A stretch of DNA of 64,000 nucleotides from Mobula hypostoma (taxonomy: Eukaryota): NCBI RefSeq assembly GCF_963921235.1, contig NC_086097.1, positions 116,190,001-116,254,000 on the forward strand, given 5' to 3'. Each line of letters starts with the position of its first letter. Positions within the stretch are counted from its first letter, which is position 1. The notes under the pieces are model-generated. The model did not search any database and was not told the origin of the DNA. It saw only the letters and a program-made list of their open reading frames with translations. Positions 25,515 through 37,300 of the stretch are shown here, one piece after another. A program made the translations under genes and the position numbers.

Positions 25515-26717
25515 TCACCTCTTTTGCATTGTGGACTGGTTTATTATTGACAATATTCTTGCGGACAGGCCGACCAGGGTCTGGGGGGGAGTAGGGTTGT
25601 CAACGGACAAGAGTAGCAGTCAAATACGTTGTGTTTACCCAGAGAAAGACTACAATGACCATGAAGCCTTGTGCGGGCACCAGTGCGCATGCGTGACCTG
25701 CCGGTTTTTTTCTACAAATTGTTTTTGGTGATTCTGTTTGGGGGTGGGGGGTGTTAATCACGACCGGAACATAGGTGATAAGGGGCTAATACACTCAATT
25801 TTGTTTCTAAAAGGGTTTATCTAACGAATTTAATATTAAACACACAGCGCATATTTTCCTCTCATGAATATAGTGATAAGTCAATTATCAGGGGACAACA
25901 GGGGAGCGTGAAGTAAGTACTGAACAAACTTCCAGCAGAAGTGGTAGAGGCAGGTTCGATACTATCATTTAAAGAAAATTTGTATAGATAAATGGACAGG
26001 AAAGGAATGGAGGGTTATAGGCTGAGTGCAGGTCGGTGGGACTAGGTGAGAGTAGCGTTCGGCATAGACTAGAAGGGCAGAGATGGCCTGTTTCCGTGCT
26101 GTAACTGTTATATGGTTATGTGGTTATATAAGTCACTTATAAGTCAATAGCATTATAACATTTTAAGTACCGTTTGGATATTAAACACACAGCACATATT
26201 TTCCCCATATGAACGTATAAAATCATTGCAACACACTAATATCACTGAATTGGTGGGAGCCTTTGGCTTGTTTCCCTGCAACAAAATTATGCTGTCAAAG
26301 GGTGATGGGAGACAGCGATACTCGAAGGGGGTTCGTTATGTCCAGTCTATTCCGCAATTTAGTTTTTGTTGCATTCATTGCAGAGATATGTTGGAAATGG
26401 AAGCAACGTTTTCAGTGCTTTCTTGGCTACCTCAGGATATTTAGCCTTGACTTTGATCCAGAATGCCGGCAGAGATGTTATGTCAAACATACTTTTCAGC
26501 CCGCCATCATTTGCAAGCTCGAGAAGTTGATCTCCTTCCCGCGCTGACATGGATGACACGCGGGTAATGATCTTGCGTGCGTTCAAGCTCAAAGTGACAG
26601 GGAATGAGGAAAGGTGCAGCTGACTCATATCACCAAATTACATTGTTTCCTCGCGGCCTGGTAGCACATGCTTTGCGGCCCGGTACCAGTCCGCGGCCAT
26701 GTTGTTGGGGACTGCTG
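25515..26717 (-). mobile_element. hAT Charlie-type transposon remnant
   Basis: ORF 26359-26628 SLPAFWIKVKAKYPEVAKKALKTLLPFPTYLC is hAT C-terminal-domain-like; terminus GTTGGGGACTGCTG; contains a CR1 3' tail at about 25935-26130. Confidence 0.85.
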
Positions 26718-27899
26718 ATTTAGATGATGGAATAGATGGCTTTGTTGCCAAGTTTACAGATGGTATGAAGATTTGTGGAGGGCAGGTAGTGTTGCAAAAA
26801 CAGGTAGGCTGCAGAAGGACTTGGACAGATTAGGAAAATAGGCAAGATAATGGCAAATGAAATACAATGTTGGAAAGTGCATGGTCATGACCTTTGGTAG
26901 TAGAAATAAATGTGCAGACTATTTTCTAAATGGGGAGAAAATCCAGAAATCTAAGATGCACGGGGACTTGGGAGTCCTTGTGCAAAACACCCTAAAGTTT
27001 AACTTGCAGGTTGAGTTGGTGGTGAGGAAGGCAAATGTATTGTTAGCATTCATTTCAAGAGGACTTAAATACAAGAGCAGGGATGTGAAACTGAAGCTTT
27101 ATAAGGCACTGGTGAGGCCTCAACTAGGGTATTGTGAACAGTTTTGGGATCCTCAAATAAGAAAGTTGTGCTGGCATTGGAGAGGGTCCAGAGGTGGTTC
27201 ACAAGGAATTGTGACTCCAGGAATGAAAGAGTTATCATACGAGGAATGTTTGATAGCTCTGGGTCTGTACTCAGTGGAATTTAGGAGGATTAGGGGGGAT
27301 CTCATTGAAACCTTTCGAATGTTAAAAGGCCTAGACAGAGTAGATGTGGAAAGGATGTTTACCATGGTGGAGGAGCCTAGGACAAGAGGACACAGCCTCA
27401 GGATAGAGGGGCGTCCATTTAAAACAAAGATATGAAGAAATTTCTTTGGCTAGAGGGTGTTGGATTTGTGGAATTTATTACCATTTGCAGCTGCTGAGGT
27501 CAGGGAATTGGGTGTATTTATGGCAAAGATTGATAGGTTCTTGATTGGACATGGCATCAAAGGTTATGGGGAGAATGCCGGGAAATGGGGTTGAGGAGCG
27601 GCAAAAAGGATCAGCCATGATGGAATAGCTGTGTGGACTCAATTGGCCAAGTGGCCTAATTCTGCTTCAGTGTCTTATAGTCTAACATTGTGCTTCCTAC
27701 ACCAGGATGCTGCTCAGCATTTACTATGATCATCCCATAGAAGCTGGTGGGTAAACTGTCCTTGTTTGGTCTCAAGATCACTCTCTGAAATTAGATCTTG
27801 TCTCTGTCCATGTGACAGAAACATCTCTAGCTCGGTAGCAGTGACCAGCAAAGCTCCCCAGGCGTCATGTTCAGAGTGCTGCTGATGCATGTGTGCACC

Positions 27900-28805
27900 A
27901 CTAGATGCGGTTCAAACTGAACCACCTAGTTTTCTGATGACACAATAGCGGTTGGCCTCACCAACAATGACAATGAGACGGCATACGGTAGAGTGGCTGG
28001 GAGAATGGTGCGAGCAGGCTGGAGTGTCAATGTGGACAAGACCAAAGAGATAATTATGGACTTGTGCAAGGTGCAGGCTGGCCACTCCTCACTGCACATA
28101 AACTGCTCTTCCATGGAGTGAATTAGGACACCAAGTTTCTGGGAGTGCACATGATGGACGATCTCACCACGTCCCTCAACAACACTGCTTTATTCAGGAA
28201 AGCACAGCAATGTATTTACTTCCTCAGGAGATTGAGTCAAGAAAGGCTCCCTGCCTCCATTTTAATGAATATTTACTGGAGCGCTATTGAGAGTGTCTTG
28301 ACTAGCTGCTTCTGTCTGGTATAGGAAGTGCGAGGCATCTGACTGCAAGTACTTACAAGGAATTGTGAGGACTGCTCAGAAGATAATTGGGGTCTCACTT
28401 CAACCCATCTGAGCTATTTATTATGTTGACTGCATATGCAGGGCCCTTAGCATTGTCAATGATCCCTCCCTTCCATCCAACAATCTTTTTTTCCTCCTAC
28501 CATCGGGCAGGAGGTAGCAGAGCATTCTAACAAAAACTCTTAGGATGGGGATCAGCTTCTTCCGCCAGGCCATGAGACTACTGAACTCCCTGCTGCCACC
28601 CAGGTCTCATCACATATGAAGCACCAGTAGTCATATGCAGTTTACTTTTCAACTTTGGTTGGAAGTGTAAACTTATTATTTGCTGATTTATTTGAGGTAA
28701 TATTGCCACGTACCATGTTGTGCACCTTGGTCCGGAGAAACATTATTTCATTTTACAGATAGCATGCATTCAGTTGAATGACAATAAGCTTGCACTTAAA
28801 CTTGT
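27900..28805 (+). mobile_element. Rex/Babar-type LINE 3' fragment
   Basis: FSDDTIAVGLTNNDNETAY RT motif, PSGRR C-terminal motif and short-repeat tail. Confidence 0.8.
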
Positions 28806-29754
28806 TTTATGGGGTTAAAATAATCTAAAACACCAACAGTTCAACTTATTTATCACTTCACTTGGTGTATACATTAAAAAGAAAATGTGTCTGCTTTTGG
28901 TTGTCACTATTCCATTCTGTCACCATATTGATAACAAATTGGATGTTTTTGTCATGACTGCAAGTAGTATTATTATATCTAAATGTCTGTAAAAAGATCT
29001 ATTTGAAAGCATTACCAACACCCAAGTAAGTCATCTTCAAATGTTTGTTACATTATTTATGAATCCCTCAGAGAAACAGTGATATGATTTTATGATGTGG
29101 TATGTTTTTCTCAATTCTCATCAAATGCTATCTTGAAAGTTAATGCTTTATGTACAACTACACTTTTACAGTAACTTCAAACAGACTATAGATTTCAGAC
29201 AAAAATAGTTCTTCAAATAATGCTTTGAAGGTAATAATTCTGTATATAAAGGCTTGCCATTTTAGCTCCCTTTTCACTTCAAAGTGTTTAGCAATGGATT
29301 AAAGTGCCAGTAATCATAGGGAGGAACAAAATGGAACTATGATTATACATAGTTGATGATTATGCACAGTTATTATGCTTACTATAGAAAGGAGCTCTTC
29401 AGATAGAATAAGAAAAAGGGACAATTTTTCTAACCCTGATTGTTGGGAAAGTAAAAGGATCAAGTATAATGCTGTTTTCACACTTACTCAATTTTACTCT
29501 CAATGTAACTGAAGAATAATATTACAAATGTATAAATCTAGTGTGCTATACCAATCCTTTTGGTATTCTGCTTAACAGGTTTGAGTTAAAATTACTTCCA
29601 TGTGGAAATGACTGAGAGCTCCTAACTCAGCTGACCAGCTTCTTCTATAAAGGGCTTTACGTGACTCAGAGGATCAATTGCGTGCTCTGTTTGGAACAAT
29701 CAACTTCTCAACCTATGGGAACTAATAGGATAAAATTCATGCCTGTTCAGTTAA

Positions 29755-29875
29755 GAATACGGGGAGAAGGCAGGAGACTGGGGCTGAGAGGGAAATGGAT
29801 AAGCTATGATGAAATGGCAGAGCAGACTCGATGGGCCAAATGGCCTAATTCTGCTACTATATCTTAGGGTCTTGT
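29755..29875 (+). mobile_element. CR1 3' tail
   Basis: GGGGAGAAGGCAGGAGACTGG...TGGCCTAATTCTGCT. Confidence 0.85.
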
Positions 29876-30919
29876 ATTTGATTCACCTCACCAGATTACT
29901 CCCACAACTTCTACAACTTCTGCCTGCAAATGCCTACAGTGCCCTATAATAGGTTCAACTCTATTAGCATTATTGCCAGAGGGCAAGTTCTGAAAGCATT
30001 TCTTACAGATCCCCAGGTGGGTAATCAAGATTCTATGCTCCATCTATATCTTTGCTCTATTATTCCAACCTGGTAGTTTCATTCTATAGATGACACATTG
30101 GTGATCGTAGCACTGTGAGAATTGCTAAGCTCTATTCAATTAACTCAATGTTTTTCTTTTTCCGCTCATATCAGTTTATATTGTCTTAATAAACCTCATC
30201 AAGTAGTCACCCTGCATTTCCCTTCCCATTCCCACACACATCAGGCACGCTTATTTTTCTGTCAAATTCTTTGATGCACAAGCCTATTGAGCTAGACTCC
30301 ATGTCAGAAGAGATGACACTAAACCTTGCTCTAATGCTCCAAATGTGATGCTAATAATGAGATTTTAGTACTTCATCTTGTAATTGGATTTCTGGTTTTG
30401 CTGTTCATTATTTTCTGAATGAATGCTCATTATTTAACTGTGTTCTATTGATCATTGCTTGCTGATGTTGTTTATAATTCAAGCTCTCCAGCTGCTCTCC
30501 TCCTCACTTCGTCCCTTCAAATCTACCTCATCCTCAATCATTTTGATGTTCCAAAGTTCTGTAAATTTTGAACACTTTTTCACTCCAAGGTGCCTTCACA
30601 AATTGTCCCTTATCAAAGTTAGAAATTGCATCCCCTTTTTGATTGTGATCATGGTAAACATCCCATTACATCAGTGCCGCCCGTTTATATTTTCAACTAC
30701 ATGATTCCCCCTTTTGCAAAAACACATACTGTTCCAGACTACATGAAGCCACCCTGAAGTCTCATTCCCATCTTTAACATTGATTTGTTAAATTGTTTGT
30801 CCAGTGTCAATTTTTGATTGAGAAGAAGTTTAGGGAGATTGATGACTTGCCATTTTGCTCACTATATCATTCCTTCCACTGTATCTGAGTGCACAGACAA
30901 AACTTTGGTGAGCAAATCA

Positions 30920-31325
30920 TAAACACGATAAAGTCTACAGATGCTGGAAATCCAAAGCTACACACACAAGATGATGGAGGAACTCAGTAGGTCAGGCAGC
31001 ATTTATTCCATGCTCTGCCCTTTTACCTCTTCTCATCTGCCTATTACTGCCCCTGGGACCCCTGTTCCTTTCCTTTCTCCTATGGTCCACTCTCCTCTCC
31101 TATTAGAGTTCATCTTCTCTAGCCCTTGACATTTCCCACCAATCTGGCTTCACCCACCACCTTCTATCTAGCATCCTTCCCTTCACCGTACTATTTTATT
31201 CTGGTGTATTCCCCCTTCCTTCTCAGTTCTGAAGCAGAGTCTCAACCAGAAATGTCAAATTTGTATTAATTTCCATAGATGCTGCCTGACCTGCTGAGTT
31301 CCTCTAGTATTTTGTGTGTGTTCCT
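30920..31325 (+). mobile_element. Penelope-derived non-autonomous element with inverted ends
   Basis: GGAGGAACTCAGTAGGTCAGGCAGCAT (about 30977) is inverted against ATGCTGCCTGACCTGCTGAGTTCCTC (about 31280); degenerate hammerhead at about 31225-31260. Confidence 0.75.
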
Positions 31326-31329
31326 TTAG

Positions 31330-31895
31330 TGAGTTGACATTTGGAATATTGCATCCAATTCAGGTCACCCAGCGATAGGAAAGATGCTATTATATGGAAA
31401 GAGATATTGCCAGGATTTGAGGGACTATGTTATGGTAAGAGGTTAAGCAGGTGAGGAGTTCTTCCATTGGAGTGTAGAAGAATAAGGTGTGATTATATGA
31501 AAGGATCATATGGTGAAATTGTGAGGTGCATAGGTCGGGTGAATGAACACATTCTTTTCTGCATCCTCACAAACTAAATGGCATAGGTTTAGGGTCAGAA
31601 AGGAGAGATCTAATAGGAAGGTGAGGGGCAACATTGTTTACACAGAGAGCAGTCAGTATAAGAATAATAATAATAATAATAAGAAGAATATCTTTATTGT
31701 CATTGTTCTGGAGCAATGAAACACAGTTTATAGAATGGTCTGAGGCAGGTATGTTAGCAACATTCAAAAGGTGCTTGGTCAGGGCACAGAGATTGAAAAG
31801 ATTTAGAGGGTCAAAGGTGGACTAACTTAGACGGGAATCCTGGTTGAGATGAACCCAGTTAAGCTGAAGGGCCTGTTTCGGTATTGTATGACTCC
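31330..31895 (+). mobile_element. Old CR1 3' fragment containing an (AAT)n tract
   Basis: Degenerate HLEY..QF motif and GCTGAAGGGCCTGTT tail; (AAT)n at about 31663-31682. Confidence 0.75.
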
Positions 31896-33189
31896 ATTAC
31901 GTCTTCCCTCTGTCCTGAATATTAAAGATCCAGAATCCTCTAAGACTTAGTTTCTGATTCAACGGTGAGCTGAGAGTGCAACTTTATATCTGCTCCACGT
32001 CCAAGACTACAAATATCCATTTCTGTAATACTGATTCTCTCCATCCCACTAGCTCAAGGGCTGATGAAATATTTATGCATTCCTATGTCTTTACTATTCC
32101 CATGTACAGCAGGCCAATGACCCAGCTTGCATCTTACTTAAGCTGTGTGTTTTGGGTGACCTCAGCTTAACTAAAAGCAACTCCAGGTGTACCAGTATTT
32201 GTTGGTTGTGTTGTGGTGTGTTAAACTTTGGTGAAATATTGGATGAATGTCTGAATAGCTCCATGACACTTAACTCTTTGTGAGCTCACAGCATGCAAAG
32301 TGTCAAGGTAAACATTATTAAACACTGTTAAACATTGTTAACGTCTAATATTTTCTGATAGCAGTTGGAGTCTTCCTTGGCCTCAAGGCACACATGGCAT
32401 GAGGATGTCTGCTAATGAACATGAGTTGTTTGAATGAAACAAACCATGCGGAGTTAGCGGCATGAGAACAAGTGACCACAGAGCTTATTTGTCTCTGTGT
32501 CTTTCAATGCTTGTGGGTTGAACCCTCACTTATTGAGGCACCTTTCCCTCTATTCTTGGGACTTCACCTATACTGAAGAATCATGATCAATAGGTGCCTA
32601 AAATGGACAAAGACTGATTTCACGAGTTGGATTTTGGCTTTTCCCCAATAGCAGTGACAATTAAGTGGCAGTTGAAAATCATGAGCCCTGAAATCTTTGT
32701 GGAAATCTTTGTAAGTTACTACATAGCATTTAGTGCTGGTTTATTTATGGTTTCTGTTTTATGATAAGAATTAGACTTAAGTTACTTTGTTGTGCTTATA
32801 TGCTTATTACCACATTTTCTGGACACTCAAATTGGTTTGGGTCTTTTTGGTCCGATCAACCCAGCCCAATACCTTGAATTAAGTACCTCCTGAATTGCCT
32901 TTATTTCGGAAAACCTTCCCCTATTTCAAATCACTTTGTGGCCTCACTCCTCTCCACTGAATAATAATCCACTCTTCCAATCTACATTTCTTGCATGTTC
33001 CCAACTCTTTTCACTCTTCCAGTAACAGCTACACATCCCACGACTTTGAATCTGGTCCATACTGCCAATTTCATTTGCTCTTTCATGACAACCTTTTCAA
33101 ATGACTCCTTGTATGGCTGAGTGCAAAAATTGCTTCTGAAACACCATTGCATATTTTCTGACATTAACACTTTAACTAAACTGATAAGA

Positions 33190-33760
33190 ATCTAAGAACA
33201 TAAAATTAATGAATAACAGTGAGCCACATTGTTCCACAAGTCTGCTCTGCAAAGTAATTAAGATCTAAGCTGCTCTGATAAAATCATGCAGCCATAGAGC
33301 TTTACAGCACAGAAACAGATAATCTATTCCATGCCAAACCATTATTCTGCCTAGTCCCATCGTCCTTCATAATCATCCCAGCCAAGCATTTTATTATTTA
33401 TTTATTTAGACATACAGTTAGAACAGGGCTTCCAACCCAGCAAGCTGCACCATTCATCAACCCACCTATTGGACACTAGTCTAATCACAGGACAGTTTAC
33501 AATGACCAATTAATCTAGTTGGACTTATCCAACCATCTCTTAAATGTTCAAATCATACCCACTTTCACCACTCTGCTGGCAGCTCATTTCAAACTCTCAC
33601 TGCCCTCAAAGTGAAGACCTTCTCCATCATTTTCATCTAAATATTTTACCTTTCACAGTTTACACACGACACATTAATGTTGATCCGATCCCACCTTCTG
33701 ACCTCTTCCACAACTTGATGCCGCTTCAGTTCAAAAGTCTACCTCAGTCTTGAATACATT
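33190..33760 (-). mobile_element. Mixed CR1 3' and SINE fragments
   Basis: ACAGCACAGAAACAG...CTGCCTAGTCCCA matches the CR1 tail near 19700. Confidence 0.6.
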
Positions 33761-34070
33761 TAAAAGTTCAACCTATGTCCCTAGTTCTTCACTATGTCTG
33801 AGACTCAATTAGTTACAAAATGATAAAACGGACTTTTAAAACTGCTGCAACTGGCAATCAGTGACAGTAACTACTTGGATTCTCACAGCAGCTTAGCATT
33901 AAAACATGGTGTTTCACAGAGGCAGAGTATCAAAAGAAATGTTGACTCAAAACAGTTCAACAATTATTACAAACGTAGAAAGATGAAGAAAGTATGCAAC
34001 AAGGTCAGGCAACGTCCAAAGAGAATAAGAGTTATGACATTTCATCAAAGGAGGAAGTATTAGGATAAAC

Positions 34071-34384
34071 CAGTGGTCCCCAACCTCTGGGCTGCGGACC
34101 GATACATTGCCGCAAAGAATGCAGGGGTGCAGCGGTGGCCGGGACGCACCCGGCACATCTTTAAGAAAAAAGAAAAGAAAACATTAGGTGCTGCCCGGCA
34201 TGACTGCCGATTGCATTGCCTCTGATCTGGACCGACATTTACGTGCTGGGCGGCACCTAATTAATTAGTTTGTTTATTTTGGCTTTTTTCTTAAAGATGT
34301 GCTGGGTGCGTCTCGGCCACCACTGCACCCCAGCATGCTTCGCGGCAATGTATCGGTCCACGGCCCGGAGGTTGGGAACCACTG
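34071..34384. mobile_element. Palindromic hAT MITE
   Basis: CAGTGGTCCCCAACC...GGTTGGGAACCACTG termini, long internal inverted arms, 8-bp TSD GGATAA(A/G)C. Confidence 0.9.
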
Positions 34385-37300
34385 GGATAAGCAAAAGAGA
34401 ATGTTTGCAATTATAGGTGGAGAGAGAGAGAGAGAGAATGAAAGAGAGAAACAATAGGGAGGAAATTCCAGTGAAGGCACAGACATCATTGGTGGAATGA
34501 TTAAAAATCATATAAATATGCACATCAAGGCGTAGACAGTATGAAGCCTCTGTGGCTTCTGCTTCAGAAACCAACTGCCTCTCATTCTTACTGTAGTAGA
34601 AGAAGTTATAGTTTATTATGCTTAAATATATGGAGCACTTAAAAGAAAACTCAATAGTTAGGTGGAAGGTGATAACCCTCATGAATTTATTGAATTTATA
34701 CGATGAGTTTCATTACAATGAAGTCATGACCACATTGCCACAGCTAAGGAAGGTTGAAAGCTATATATATCAATCCATTTCATTCAGTCAACTTCTGAAA
34801 GCTTTGGGTGCAAAATGTTTATTTTTAGATCCATGGAAAACTCTTCGTCTCATTTTCAATCTCATTTTTTCTGATTCTATCTCTCTGTCTCTTGCTCTTG
34901 TTCTGATATTTATTTTTGGACCATGTGATATAGGAGTAGAAGTAAGCCATTCGGCCCAGCGAGTTTGCTCCGCCATTTTATCATGGCTGATGCATTTCAC
35001 GCTCAGCCCCAATCTCCTGCCTTTTCACCACAACCCTTTATGCCCTGGCTAATCAAGAATCTATTGACCTCTGCCTTAAATAGACTCAATGACTTGGTCT
35101 CCACAGCCTCCTGTGGCAACAAATTCCACAGAGTCACCATTCTCTGGCTATAAAGATTCCTCCTCAATTCCATTCTAAATGGATGTCCGTCTATTCTGAG
35201 GTTGTGCCTTCTGGTTCTAGACTCCCCAAACATAGAATCATACTGTTCACATCCACTCTATTGAGACCTTTCAATATTCCATAGGTTTCAATAAGGTCAC
35301 CTCTCATTCTTCTGAATTGCAGTGAGTACAGGACAAAAGCCAACAAACATTCATGTTACAATAACCCTTTAATTCCCCGAATCATTCTTGTGAATCTTCA
35401 GTAAACCGTCTCTAACATCAGCACATCTTTTCTGAGATAGGGGCCACAAACTACTCACAATACTCCAAGTGAAGCCTTACCAGTGCCTTGTAAAGCCTCG
35501 ACATTATATCCTTGTTTTTATATTCTAGTTGTCACATACCCGGTGACGGGTTAAAGAACCAGCAGAAATGGAAAACAATTTGGAGTCTGGTATTGCTAAT
35601 CACTAATACTATTTATTAGTAACTTCGCAATACATTAACATAAAATCAGATAAATCAAACAGGTTAGCTGTTATTATATATAAGTGTGGAAATAGAAAAA
35701 CCAAGCTTCTTCAAGTCTAGGGGTAAATAGATATAGCCTTACAGTGATGAGTGAAGTTCAGTTCAGTTTGTGGTATTGAGTTGAGTAGTGATGGAGAGAG
35801 AGAGAGGTGTTTAGTTCTTCAGGTGAGCTGATGCTGTCATCTCCCGTTGTCCTCGGAAACTTCCAAGTTAGCCAAACTTGACCAACTTAAGAGCACCGTC
35901 TTCGAGTGGTAGTCTACCAACCCACGCAAGGGTTAGATATACTAGTAGGCTCCACAGGTTTGCTCTCTCACGCACTAACAATCACAGATTGATACCTCGT
36001 AATCGATCCACAGTCCCACACTCGTGGGCACCTAAACAGGATAGTGGTAACTTCACCACTCCCTAGTGCGTCTGCGTGTCCTGTGAAACAAGCAATTACG
36101 CTGGTTCAAATACTGTTATGCGGAACACCAGCTGTCCATCAAGTAGCTCCTCTCTTCTCTCTCTGTAGGAACTTAGAAGCTGCCAGTGTCCTTGCAGAAA
36201 TTCCAAACAAGCTGTGAGTAGTCTTCGCTTCTTTCTCTCTTAATAACAAGGTGCTTGTGTTGAACAACAATTCCTCTTTTTAAAAGCACAGTTCATAGGG
36301 ATAATTCACGATCCCGCCACACCCCTTCCTTTTAGGAAAAATTTTGATGTATCAAAATTTTTAGGTTAACTGTAAATCACGAAGTTTGAAGCAATACATG
36401 TATAATTATCAGATAACAGAGCAGAAACGTGTACAATTTCTAACTTAACACCTAGATAAACAATCAGCTAGAATGTTGTCAGTACCTTTCACATGTTTTA
36501 TTTTCAGGTAATATTCTTGCAAGATCAGACCCCACCTTCTATTCTTAACCTTTATCTTAGTTAGAAACACTAGCAGATTGTGATCCGTGTAAACCAGAAG
36601 TGTTTTCTGGGCAAGACAGGCATAGACTTCAAAATGTTGTAAAGCCAGAATAAGTGATAGCAACTCCTCTCCAACAGTGGAATAGTTTTTCTGATGCATG
36701 TTAAGTTTCTTTGAGAAATAAGCTACTGGGTGTTCAATGTCATCCACACCCTTCTCTAACAGTACTACCCCAGCAGCTTCGTCACTAGCGTTTGTCGCTA
36801 TAGAAAATGGCTTGGAAAAATCAGGTGCTTTGAGCACAGGATGGTTTTCTGACATTCAAATGCCTCCTGGCAAAGGTCATCCCATACAAATCTTTCACTC
36901 TTTCCTAGGAGCTTTGTTAGGGGGAGAGCGATATCTGCAAAGTTCTTAGAAAACTTTCAGTAATACCCCACCATTCCTAAAAACCTTCTTAAAGCTTTCT
37001 TGTCATTTAGAACAGGAACCTCAGCAATAGCTTGAACCTTGGCCTGTACAGGAGCCAGTTGGCCCTGGCCTACTACATAGCCCAGATATGCAACTGTGGC
37101 ATGGCCAAACTCACGTTTAGTGAGGTTCACAGTAAGATTGGCCTTGTACAGCTTTTCAAACAGTTTTTTTACAGCCGCAATATGCTCTTCCCACGTGTCA
37201 TTCCATACAACCAGATCACCAATATAAGCCCCTGTGTTTTCTAAACCTCCAATCACAGAATTGATCATTCTTTGAAATGTCCCTGGAGCATTTTTCATCC

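Larger units (their letters stand above)
24700..27685 (+). mobile_element. CR1 LINE ORF2 fragment with two nested insertions
   Basis: VPEDWKIANVTP, VYLDFQKAYDKVPH, ORF 26857-27435 and a CR1 3' tail. Confidence 0.93.

Noticed and set aside
25088..25550. Two opposite-strand ORFs with near-identical peptides
   Set aside because: An artefact of the palindromic insert.
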